This document shows positions 25,875 through 34,515 of a stretch of 64,000 bases of DNA, piece after piece. The translations under genes and the position numbers were made by a program. The notes beneath the pieces were generated by a model. The model did not search any database, had not been told where the DNA came from, and saw nothing but the letters and a program-made list of their open reading frames with translations. The stretch is from Leptospiraceae bacterium. Its GTDB lineage: Bacteria > Spirochaetota > Leptospiria > Leptospirales > Leptonemataceae. The stretch's first letter is position 1; every line of letters begins with the position of its first letter. Where the stretch lies: positions 124,006-188,005 of the forward strand of contig JANXCF010000005.1 of the NCBI GenBank assembly GCA_025059995.1. The letters run 5' to 3'.

Positions 25875-28625
25875 CTATTTGAGTATTTTTTCTCGTGCAA
25901 GTTTTTTTGCAAATGAAATAACTTCATTTACGTAATTTTTCTCTACTCCACCTTGAGCTAAATCCTTTTTCCCGCCGCCTTTGCCAGAAAATGCCTTGAC
26001 GCTTTGACTTAAGAGCTCACTGCAATCAATTCCTAATTCAATCAATTTTTTTGTGCAAGTAAACATAAGCGATGCCTTTTCTTTTTGCACTGAGGCGGCC
26101 AAAATTAATGCATAGGGTTCTTTTTCTTTGATTTTATCACCAAGAATTCGTAGTTCTTCTGGAGTCAGGTTCTCTTCTATAAAAGAATATAATTTGACGG
26201 AGTTCAGATTTTCGAATTGGAGATTTTTTTCTAATAAGTGTTCTAATGACTTTTCTTTTTTAAGTTCCTTTTTGAGTTTTTTTTCTATTTCTTGGAGCTG
26301 AATTTCGAATTGAATGATACGTTTTTCCAATTGGATGGAAGAATAGGGATTTGAACTCATATATTCGGTTATCTCTTCCATCGTTTCCGGTAAATTCCAG
26401 GAAAGTTGATTGGGCATTTTTTGGTTTTTGTCTTCCCATTCTTTTTTTAGTTTTTGTATTTTTTCGTAGAAATATTGTAGGGCTTTTTGGTTTGCAACGG
26501 CTTCTATCCTTCGATTGCCAGCACCAGGGCTACTTTCTTTGATGATATGAAAGTATCGTATTTCATTTGTGTTTTGAACATGGCAACCTCCACAGAACTC
26601 CATCGAATATTTACCGTTTTCTCCCATTTCGATGATCCTCACGATTTCTCCATATTTTTCACCAAAGAAAGCAAGAGCTCCTGTTTTTTTGGCTTCTTCT
26701 AAGGGTAGATGTTTGATTTTTACGTCCGCTTTGGCAAGGATGGCATCAATCACTCGCCGTTCTACTTCTTCTAACTGTTGTTCTGTTAACCTTTTGTTAT
26801 AAGAAAAATCAAAACGTAAATATTCATCCGATACCAGAGAACCCGTTTGAAAAACAGAATCTCCTAAAACATCCCTCAAGGCTTTATGCAACAAGTGGGT
26901 AGCACTATGATGATAAGTTGTGAATTTTCTTTTCTCTTCATCAATGATCAAATCTACTTCATCACCTACTTGGAATTTTCCCTTTTCTACGTGTCCAATG
27001 TGTAAGATAAGATTTCCCTTCTTTTTGGTATCAATCACTCGGAAAAGACTTTGTCTTTTTTTTATTATCCCTGTGTCTCCGATTTGTCCACCACCTTCGG
27101 GATAGAAATTGGTCCTATCTGTTATAATGATGGCGATGTCTTTTTTATCTAGTTTTGTTATGGATTGATTATTATAAATGATGGCGAGGATTTTGCTCTT
27201 TTCTCGATATTTAAAGTAACCTGTGAACTCCGTTTGTTCATTGATGAGGGGGAAATTATGAGGAAATTGAAAGTCTTTCCATTGTTGTGTTTGTTTTGAT
27301 AGTTGTTTTTGTTCCTCCATTTTTTGGTTAAAAGTTTCGATGTCTAAACTTAGTCCTTCTTTCTCAGCTAATTCACGAGTGATTTCCACAGGAAAACCAA
27401 AAGTGTCATAAAGAATAAATGCCTTTTCTCCATCAAAAACTTGTTTTTGTTCTTTTTTGTGTTCTTCTAAGAATTCTTCCCACTTTTTCATTCCTTTGTT
27501 CAAGGTTTCTAAAAAGCGTTGTTCTTCTTCATATAGTACATCTTGAACCTTTTTTCTGTGTTCTTCGAGCTCTGGGTAAAAAGAAGCATAAATTTCTACG
27601 ACCTTAGGTTGGATTTTATAAAGAATTGCTTCTGTGATCCCCAGTTGGTATGCAAATAACAGAGCTCTTCGGATTATTCGACGAATGACGTAACCTCTTC
27701 CTGTATTTTCTGGGAAAATCCCATCACTCATGGCAAAAGTAACAGAACGAACATGATCCGTTAAAACTCTCAAAGCAGATTGAGTTTGAAAAGAAAAATC
27801 CAGCTTTCGTTTGAGGATAGTTTCTATTTGTTTTTGGATTTCTTCTTTTAATGAGAGTAGTTCATCGGTTTCATAAACACTATCAGTGCCGTTGAGCAAA
27901 GCAACAATACGTTCTAGCCCAGCTCCCGTATCAATTCCCTTTTGGGGTAAAGGATGAAGATTTCCCTCTGTATCTTGAAAGTATTCATTGAAAACTAAAT
28001 TCCAGTATTCAAAGAAACGATCGCAATCATTACCAGGTTTACACGTGGCAGGATTTCCACATCCTGTTTCTGTATGACAAATATGCTCACCTCGATCAAA
28101 ATAGAGTTCTGTGCAAGGACCACAAGGACCCGAATCCCCTGCAGGACCCCACCAATTCTGCTCTTTCCCCAAACGAACGATTTTGTGTTCTGGAATTCCT
28201 ATGTGTTTATTCCAAATTTCGTAAGCTTCTTGATCTTCATGATAAACAGATACATGGATTTTTTCGGGATCAATTTCTAAAACTTTGATGGAGAATTCAT
28301 ACGCCCACTCAATGGCTTCTTTTTTGAAGTAATCTCCAAAGCTAAAATTCCCCAGCATTTCGAAAAAAGTGCAGTGTCTTGCGGTTTTTCCTACACTTTC
28401 TAAGTCTGTTGTTCTCAAGCATTTTTGAATTGTGGCTATTCGTGGGTGTGGTGGTTTTTTCGTTCCATTGAAATACTCTTTGAAGGGAACCATCCCAGCG
28501 GAAGTAAATAAAAGCGTAGGATCTTCTGCAGGTAATAAACTCGAAGAAGGAAGATGTAAATGATCTTTAGAAACAAAAAAATCAACCCAAGCTTTTCGAA
28601 GTTCTTTACAGGTAAATTTTTTCAT
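25875..28625 (-). CDS. alaS: alanine--tRNA ligase
   Basis: Class II core (FTSAGMVPFK, RHCTFFEMLGNFSFGDYFK). Editing-domain HSATHLLH and FCGGCHV. C-terminal DHHA1-like GKGGGKKDLAQGG. Confidence 0.95.
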   Translation of the reverse strand: MKKFTCKELRKAWVDFFVSKDHLHLPSSSLLPAEDPTLLFTSAGMVPFKEYFNGTKKPPHPRIATIQKCLRTTDLESVGKTARHCTFFEMLGNFSFGDYFKKEAIEWAYEFSIKVLEIDPEKIHVSVYHEDQEAYEIWNKHIGIPEHKIVRLGKEQNWWGPAGDSGPCGPCTELYFDRGEHICHTETGCGNPATCKPGNDCDRFFEYWNLVFNEYFQDTEGNLHPLPQKGIDTGAGLERIVALLNGTDSVYETDELLSLKEEIQKQIETILKRKLDFSFQTQSALRVLTDHVRSVTFAMSDGIFPENTGRGYVIRRIIRRALLFAYQLGITEAILYKIQPKVVEIYASFYPELEEHRKKVQDVLYEEEQRFLETLNKGMKKWEEFLEEHKKEQKQVFDGEKAFILYDTFGFPVEITRELAEKEGLSLDIETFNQKMEEQKQLSKQTQQWKDFQFPHNFPLINEQTEFTGYFKYREKSKILAIIYNNQSITKLDKKDIAIIITDRTNFYPEGGGQIGDTGIIKKRQSLFRVIDTKKKGNLILHIGHVEKGKFQVGDEVDLIIDEEKRKFTTYHHSATHLLHKALRDVLGDSVFQTGSLVSDEYLRFDFSYNKRLTEQQLEEVERRVIDAILAKADVKIKHLPLEEAKKTGALAFFGEKYGEIVRIIEMGENGKYSMEFCGGCHVQNTNEIRYFHIIKESSPGAGNRRIEAVANQKALQYFYEKIQKLKKEWEDKNQKMPNQLSWNLPETMEEITEYMSSNPYSSIQLEKRIIQFEIQLQEIEKKLKKELKKEKSLEHLLEKNLQFENLNSVKLYSFIEENLTPEELRILGDKIKEKEPYALILAASVQKEKASLMFTCTKKLIELGIDCSELLSQSVKAFSGKGGGKKDLAQGGVEKNYVNEVISFAKKLAREKILK

Positions 28626-28798
28626 ATTTCACCTTTCATTTTTTATTTAAAATTAAAAAATCTTATGGGAATTGAAATCGAAAAAAATTTTTTTCTAATG
28701 CTTGGCAAAATTTACAGAAAATTTTTTCATGTCAAATGGAAAAGACTTCTACAGAAGATTGAATTTGACCTTTTAAAGTAAATTTTTATCTCGTCGAT

Positions 28799-29473
28799 AT
28801 GGTATTAATTCAATCTCTTCCAAAGATACCCAAAGAAATGCTAAAGAATCTCTTAGCTCAGAAAATAGAATTTCGCATAACAGGAGAAGAATTTCTTTCA
28901 AAAAGAGGTATTATTATCAGTAATCATTTGGATATTTTTGATTTATTAATTCCGTTAGTTTATTTAAAACAACCTCTTTATCTTTTGTATGACGAAAAGG
29001 CTCTTGATGGAAATTTGGTTTCTTTTGTTCAGAGATTCTCTTATTTTTATTTTTTTTCATGGATGTCAGAAGATAAGATAGAAAAGACTTTGCTTGAGCT
29101 TACTCAGAACTCTCATTTATTTGTTTTTCCTGAAAGAATGCCTACTAAAACTGGAGTAATCCAGCCCTTTGATCTTTTTGTGTTTAGCATATTACTTAGA
29201 GTTTGTCGAAAAAATGAATTGGTTTTGATACCAAGTGGGATTGATGGAACTTTTCGTTTAAGTGAACTTTCATCGCTTTGGGAACTTCTTTTTCATTTTC
29301 GTAAAATCAGGATTGATTATCATGTGGGTCAGCCTATTTCTGTGTTGGAATCAGAATCCGATGAGGCATGGCTTAAACAGGAAGTCGAAAAGCAAGTTTA
29401 TTCTTTGAGTCAACACCCGGAAAGAAGAAAAAAGGGTAGAATATTGATTAAAACATCGGCTCGAGAATTATGA
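28799..29473 (+). CDS. lysophospholipid acyltransferase (PlsC-like) family protein
   Basis: HX4D motif in IISNHLDIFD and a FPERMPTKTG block resembling FPEGT. The rest is divergent. Confidence 0.5.
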   Translation: MVLIQSLPKIPKEMLKNLLAQKIEFRITGEEFLSKRGIIISNHLDIFDLLIPLVYLKQPLYLLYDEKALDGNLVSFVQRFSYFYFFSWMSEDKIEKTLLELTQNSHLFVFPERMPTKTGVIQPFDLFVFSILLRVCRKNELVLIPSGIDGTFRLSELSSLWELLFHFRKIRIDYHVGQPISVLESESDEAWLKQEVEKQVYSLSQHPERRKKGRILIKTSAREL

Positions 29474-31237
29474 TTTGATTTGTTCTCTTCTCAAGATATC
29501 ATAGCCAGAAATCCTCAGCTCTTCTGTGAAAAATTGAATTTCTCCGAAAGAATAATTATAATGTTCAAGAATTTTTCGAAAGATTTGAATGGAAGTTTCG
29601 AATTCCTCAGGGATAACTTCATCAGCCCCTATTTCGAACAACTTTGGAACCTCAAGCACATACCGAGTTCTTGCAATGATATAGATATTGGGATTTAGTT
29701 TCTTTGCGATGGAGATAATTCTTTTCGTGCTTTGAAAGTCATTGATCACAATTACCAAGAGTTTTGCTTTTTCTATTTGGACGTGTTTCAGTAGAGCTTC
29801 GTTGGTAGCATCACCATAAAAAATAGGTTCTCCTGATTTTTTCTCATTTTGGACTGTTTTGATATTCATCTCAAGTATTACATAGGGAATGTCCATGATT
29901 TGAGCCGCTTTAGCAACATTTCTTCCGTTAATACCAAACCCTACTATTATGATATGATCTTTGATGTCGAGATGTGATGAATGTTCTTTTGCTTCAGTAC
30001 TCGAGGTTTTGAAAAATTTGCTCAAAAAGTTTCTGTTTTTTTCCGTGTTGAGTTTATTTATAAAGTTTACAAACTTATCTGATAAGTTTTGAGACTTCAA
30101 GATCAAAAAAGGTGTTAGTAGCATTGTGAAAATTGATGAAACCAAAAAGGCTTGATAGGTATAATGATCGATGATTTCTAAATTGAGGGCATTTTTTAGC
30201 ACAATAAACGAAAATTCACCGACTTGAAAGAGAGATAGACTACTGATAAATGCGATACGTAAGTTTCGATAAAAAAAAAGAATAATAAAGAAAATCACAA
30301 CTGATTTGATCAAAAAAATAAAGACCAAAAGAAACAAAACGAAGAGTAAATTCTTCAAAGAAAACAAAAAGTAAATGTCAATCAGCATTCCAATCGAAGT
30401 AAAGAAAATACTCGTAAAAATAATCTTAAAAGGAATCACATTACTCATGGATTCGAAGCTAAAAGGAGTTTCGGAAATCAAAAGTCCTGCTAAAAATGCC
30501 CCAAAAGCCAATGAAAGCCCAACTTTATAGGTCAAAAACGCAATCAGAAAACACAACGTAATGATACTCAAAACAAAAATGTCTCGATTTCGTAGTTGAA
30601 CAATTTTAACTAAAACAAAGGGAATGATGTATTTGTATAGAAGAAAGAATATCAACAAAAATAAGATCATCTTCAAAACAAACAACAAAAAACCTGTATG
30701 AAAAATCCCAATGTTGGAATAATCAAGTTGGGAGATTTCCTTCAAGAAAGGCAAAAACAACAAATAAATGATTGCAATCAAATCCTGAAAAATCAAGATG
30801 GAAATGGAGACTTTTCCATAAGGTGTGTGGATTTCGTTTTGGTCCTGAAAAATCTTTAAAACAATTGCAGTGCTACTCAAACTGATGACCATTCCCAGAA
30901 CGATACTTGTAATCAGAGGCAAAAATTGAAGAACCAAAAGCGAAATCAAAAAGGTCAAACTCACTTGCAGAAAACCAATCACAACCACATCTCTTTTGTT
31001 CTTCTGTAGCTCTTTGAACGAAAACTCTAATCCAATAGTAAATAACAAAAGAATAAGTCCAATTTCCGAAATGATTTCTATGTCTTCTGAGTTTTGTATA
31101 AATTTAAAGCCATAGGGTCCTAATAAAAAACCCGTAAAGATTAAGCCCAATATCTCTGGTAATCTCAATAAAGAAAAGATCCAAAGAACAAAGATGTTCA
31201 CAAAAAGAATCATCAGGATTTCCTGAAATATTGCCAT
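29468..31237 (-). CDS. CPA2-family cation:proton antiporter with C-terminal RCK/TrkA-N domain (Kef-type)
   Basis: 12-13 TM segments beginning LRLPEILGLIFTGFLLGPYG. Rossmann IIIVGFGINGRNVAKA. ATG at 31237 preferred over TTG at 31312. Confidence 0.8.
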   Translation of the reverse strand: MAIFQEILMILFVNIFVLWIFSLLRLPEILGLIFTGFLLGPYGFKFIQNSEDIEIISEIGLILLLFTIGLEFSFKELQKNKRDVVVIGFLQVSLTFLISLLVLQFLPLITSIVLGMVISLSSTAIVLKIFQDQNEIHTPYGKVSISILIFQDLIAIIYLLFLPFLKEISQLDYSNIGIFHTGFLLFVLKMILFLLIFFLLYKYIIPFVLVKIVQLRNRDIFVLSIITLCFLIAFLTYKVGLSLAFGAFLAGLLISETPFSFESMSNVIPFKIIFTSIFFTSIGMLIDIYFLFSLKNLLFVLFLLVFIFLIKSVVIFFIILFFYRNLRIAFISSLSLFQVGEFSFIVLKNALNLEIIDHYTYQAFLVSSIFTMLLTPFLILKSQNLSDKFVNFINKLNTEKNRNFLSKFFKTSSTEAKEHSSHLDIKDHIIIVGFGINGRNVAKAAQIMDIPYVILEMNIKTVQNEKKSGEPIFYGDATNEALLKHVQIEKAKLLVIVINDFQSTKRIISIAKKLNPNIYIIARTRYVLEVPKLFEIGADEVIPEEFETSIQIFRKILEHYNYSFGEIQFFTEELRISGYDILRREQIKS

Positions 31238-31335
31238 AACAAAAGACAAGATAATCTTTAAGAAAAATTCGTAAAGATAGAATTGATTTTGAAATTCATT
31301 GACAAAAAACAATCAATATACATCCTAATCAAATT

Positions 31336-31935
31336 ATGAAATTCCATCGTTTACTTTTGATGACCATTGTTTTCGTGGTTTTCAACCATTGTGGTTATAA
31401 CGAAATCCAGATGCAGGACGAGGCGGTAAAAGCTGCCTGGGCAGAAGTTTTGAACCAATACAAACGAAGAGCTGATTTGATTCCTCAGTTGGTAAAAGTT
31501 GTAGAAGCCTTCGCAATTCAAGAAAAAGAAGTTTTGGTTCAAGTTACTGAAGCTCGTGCCAAAGTGGGAACTATACAAGCCACACCTGAGTTAATCAACA
31601 ATCCTGAGGCTTTTCGAAGATTTCAACAAGCACAAGGAGAGTTATCCAACGCCCTAAGTAGATTAATGGTAGTTGTAGAGCAGTATCCTCAACTCAAATC
31701 CGATGCGAACTTCCGGGATTTACAAGCTCAGATTGAAGGAACAGAAAATCGGATAGCTGTTGCCCGCAAACGATATATCGACTCCGTCCAAGAATATAAT
31801 ACCACCATCAGAATTTTTCCGAATGTGATTACAGCAAAGATTTTTGGTTATACAGAAAAACCCCAATTCGAAGTAGAAAACCTACAGGACATTTCAAAAC
31901 CCCCAGAAATCCAAATCAATACAAATAAAAAATGA
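31336..31935 (+). CDS. LemA-family protein
   Basis: AAWAEVLNQYKRRADLIPQLV, LSRLMVVVEQYPQLKSD and EGTENRIAVARKRYIDSVQEYNTTIRIFPN are LemA hallmarks. Confidence 0.85.
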   Translation: MKFHRLLLMTIVFVVFNHCGYNEIQMQDEAVKAAWAEVLNQYKRRADLIPQLVKVVEAFAIQEKEVLVQVTEARAKVGTIQATPELINNPEAFRRFQQAQGELSNALSRLMVVVEQYPQLKSDANFRDLQAQIEGTENRIAVARKRYIDSVQEYNTTIRIFPNVITAKIFGYTEKPQFEVENLQDISKPPEIQINTNKK

Positions 31936-32798
31936 AAAAAATTTATAAATTATATTTATCAATTTTACTTATAATCTGGAACTTCTTTTCGATTTCTTTT
32001 CTATCAGCTCAAGGTAATCAAGATTTTGTTCCCATACCGCCCTTGACTGGAAGAGTTGTCGATTTGACCAATACTTTGACAGAAACACAAATCAATCAAC
32101 TCACAAACAAACTCGAACAGATAGAGCAAACCACCAAAGCACAGGTAGTTGTGGTTTTGCTTCCTACTACAGGAATCGAAACCATTGAAGAATATTCGAT
32201 CCGATTAGCCGAAGAATGGAAAATTGGAAGAAAAGGTTATGATGATGGCTTGATTCTTTTGGTTGCAAAAGAAGATCGAAAGATTCGCCTCGAGGTGGGT
32301 TATGGCTTAGAAGGAATCATTCCTGATGCGATAGCTAAAAGAATCCTTTCCGAAGTTATCATCCCTGAATTTCGAAAAGGAAACTTCTACGAAGGGATTG
32401 ACAAAGGAATTGATGTTATCAGGCAAAGATTACAAAGTGAAGAACAAAATGTAGATTTTAATAGGTCGGATCAAGATGCTACACAAGAAGATACTGGCAA
32501 GTATTTTACGATAGTAATCATTCCCATGTTTGTTGCCTTTTTTCTGAGGTATCTTTTGGGCTTTTTGAGGTCCTTTTTGGTCACTGCCTTTGGAACCACG
32601 ATTCTTTCTTTGTTTCTTTTTGGGTTTTCTTGGGAGATTTTATTTTTGATTTTTTTGTTCTCTTTTTTGGGATCTTTAGGAGTTTTTTCTAAGGGAAGAA
32701 CTTCAGTAGGATTTTCTCGAGGTGGTTTTAGTTATGGGGGTGGATTTTCTGGAGGTGGTGGAGGTTTTGGTGGAGGTGGTGCAAGCGGTAGTTGGTAG
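31932..32798 (+). CDS. TPM-domain (YgcG-like) membrane protein with Gly-rich tail
   Basis: ATGA overlap with the LemA gene. VVDLTNTLTETQINQLTNKLEQIEQTTKAQVVVV, GLILLVAKEDRKIRLEVGYGLEG. TM segments, then GGFSYGGGFSGGGGGFGGGG. Confidence 0.8.
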   Translation: MKKIYKLYLSILLIIWNFFSISFLSAQGNQDFVPIPPLTGRVVDLTNTLTETQINQLTNKLEQIEQTTKAQVVVVLLPTTGIETIEEYSIRLAEEWKIGRKGYDDGLILLVAKEDRKIRLEVGYGLEGIIPDAIAKRILSEVIIPEFRKGNFYEGIDKGIDVIRQRLQSEEQNVDFNRSDQDATQEDTGKYFTIVIIPMFVAFFLRYLLGFLRSFLVTAFGTTILSLFLFGFSWEILFLIFLFSFLGSLGVFSKGRTSVGFSRGGFSYGGGFSGGGGGFGGGGASGSW

Positions 32799-33612
32799 GA
32801 TATTGATCTTTTTGTGGGTACTTTTCGTTTTCCTTTCGTGTGATAGAAGAAAGACCATCGAAGACTATCTACCCAATCTTTTGGAATGTTATGTTTTTGG
32901 AACTTGTTCTACGGGTTCTCGCTACGGAATGATTGGAGATAGCTGGACCGATGCCTTTTTAGGGATTGAAGTAGAACAGGATTTATTCGATCAACTTACA
33001 AAGAGATATCGATATAAAATTGTTGCATCAAACGTTGGGGGATTGTCTTTGAAAGAGGAATTGGAATGGAGAAGAGGATTCATTTCTGTCATAAAAAATG
33101 CTGGACCCGAATTAGAATACATGCTCCTAAGCATAGGTGGTAATGACATTATTTTTCCTATTTCAGAGTTTCAAACTCATGGCGTAGAAAACACCATCAA
33201 GAAGCGTTTGGATCAATTCGAAGAGGACCTAAAAACCCTGATGGTTTTGGGGAATCAACTCAAGTTTACTTTGTACCAGGGAAAACCCTTAAAATGGATC
33301 ATACATGGCTATGATTTTCCTAATCCTGAAATTGAAGAATCGTGTATACTAAATGCAGTCGAAAAAGGGATGCCAAAAGAAGAAGCTATAAATTTAATCA
33401 GTAGAATTTTAAATGAGTTCAATCAACGATTGGAAGTTTTATCAAAAACAACTTTGAATTTATATTATATTGACTTGAGAGGAACCTTAGGAGGACCTCC
33501 CATTTCCAAAAAAGAATTCATGTTGGATTGTTTGCATCCGAATACACTTGGCTTTCAACTCTTGACTGATCGATATGTTCAACAATTACAATTTATTGAG
33601 AAAAATTTATAA
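32776..33612 (+). CDS. SGNH/GDSL-type hydrolase lipoprotein
   Basis: Blocks MIGDSWTD, SIGGNDI and DCLHPN. Lipobox VLFVFLSC. GTG at 32776/32779 gives a sensible signal peptide, unlike ATG 32722 inside the Gly-tail region. Confidence 0.65.
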   Translation: MVQAVVGRILIFLWVLFVFLSCDRRKTIEDYLPNLLECYVFGTCSTGSRYGMIGDSWTDAFLGIEVEQDLFDQLTKRYRYKIVASNVGGLSLKEELEWRRGFISVIKNAGPELEYMLLSIGGNDIIFPISEFQTHGVENTIKKRLDQFEEDLKTLMVLGNQLKFTLYQGKPLKWIIHGYDFPNPEIEESCILNAVEKGMPKEEAINLISRILNEFNQRLEVLSKTTLNLYYIDLRGTLGGPPISKKEFMLDCLHPNTLGFQLLTDRYVQQLQFIEKNL

Positions 33613-34366
33613 ACAACCTTTTTCTTTTTCAATGTTCATGTTTTTATTTCTAATCCCACATCACGTTGATTCTCAGGATTTTGTGAATTTATGGAATGAG
33701 GAGTTGTCAGCTCACAAAAGGGTAGGGGTTCTGTATCAATACCAAGAAAATAAAAACAAACCCAAAAAAGGAAAAGAGCAAAACTTGACTCTTTTTGCCG
33801 AATATCGCTTTGGATTTTATGGTTTTTTTGTTGCTTTCCCTTACACGGTAAAATGGACTCCAAACTCCCAAACAAGAGGGTATGTTGATCATATCCGACT
33901 TCAGAATAAGCTACATTTTGATTTTAAAAATTTTTCATTATTGGGAGGATTACTCATTGATTTTCCCAGAAATCACGGAATGGCTGGGGACGTTCCCAAA
34001 GATATCGGCTACATAGAGCCCTATGTGGGGTTTGACTACCGGTGGTCGAAAGTCAGACTCAAGCTATCTTTGCATTGGAACACCCAAACCAATACGGAAT
34101 TCAAAGAAAAAAGAAATCAAGAGTTTGAACGCACATGGAAGTTCCAACTTTCCGTAGGATATTCTATTCAGAAATATTGGATAGGATTGGAAAGTCAATA
34201 TCAGAAACTTTATGATCCTAAACCTTTTGAAAAAGAGCTCTACTTTGTGGGATTGGGGCTAAGTAGGTTCTTTGAGAACCATCGTTTATCGTTGGTTTAT
34301 GTTCTTCCATCGAAGCAATATGCATATCAAAGTATATGGAAGCTCCAATGGGAATTTTGGTTGTAG
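33575..34366 (+). CDS. putative outer-membrane beta-barrel protein
   Basis: Hydrophobic N-terminus, alternating aromatic/polar strands, aromatic C-terminus ...WKLQWEFWL. Start uncertain (33575, 33629 or 33635). Confidence 0.4.
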   Translation: MFNNYNLLRKIYKQPFSFSMFMFLFLIPHHVDSQDFVNLWNEELSAHKRVGVLYQYQENKNKPKKGKEQNLTLFAEYRFGFYGFFVAFPYTVKWTPNSQTRGYVDHIRLQNKLHFDFKNFSLLGGLLIDFPRNHGMAGDVPKDIGYIEPYVGFDYRWSKVRLKLSLHWNTQTNTEFKEKRNQEFERTWKFQLSVGYSIQKYWIGLESQYQKLYDPKPFEKELYFVGLGLSRFFENHRLSLVYVLPSKQYAYQSIWKLQWEFWL

Positions 34367-34475
34367 AGTAAAATGAATTGATGAGGTTAAATCATCATCA
34401 AAAAATACTCAAACAATTTAAGAAGAGAAAATTCAAGTTTCTTAATTATTGACTCATAGAAAAGAAGCATGGTTT

Positions 34476-34484
34476 TGGTATAAA
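34476..34484 (+). promoter_or_regulatory. putative extended -10 promoter element upstream of metE
   Basis: TGgTATAAA, 31 nt before the ATG. AAGGAG SD at 34503-34508. Consensus match only. Confidence 0.3.
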
Positions 34485-34515
34485 TTATTTGTTTTGGGAA
34501 CTTAAGGAGATATTC

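Noticed and set aside
32722-32798. 77-nt overlap between the TPM gene tail and the listed start of the SGNH ORF: possible frameshift, fusion or pseudogene.
   Set aside because: In-frame GTG codons at 32776/32779 give a normal lipoprotein signal (…GRILIFLWVLFVFLSC). The upstream part of the ORF is just the alternative-frame reading of the GGT-rich Gly tail.
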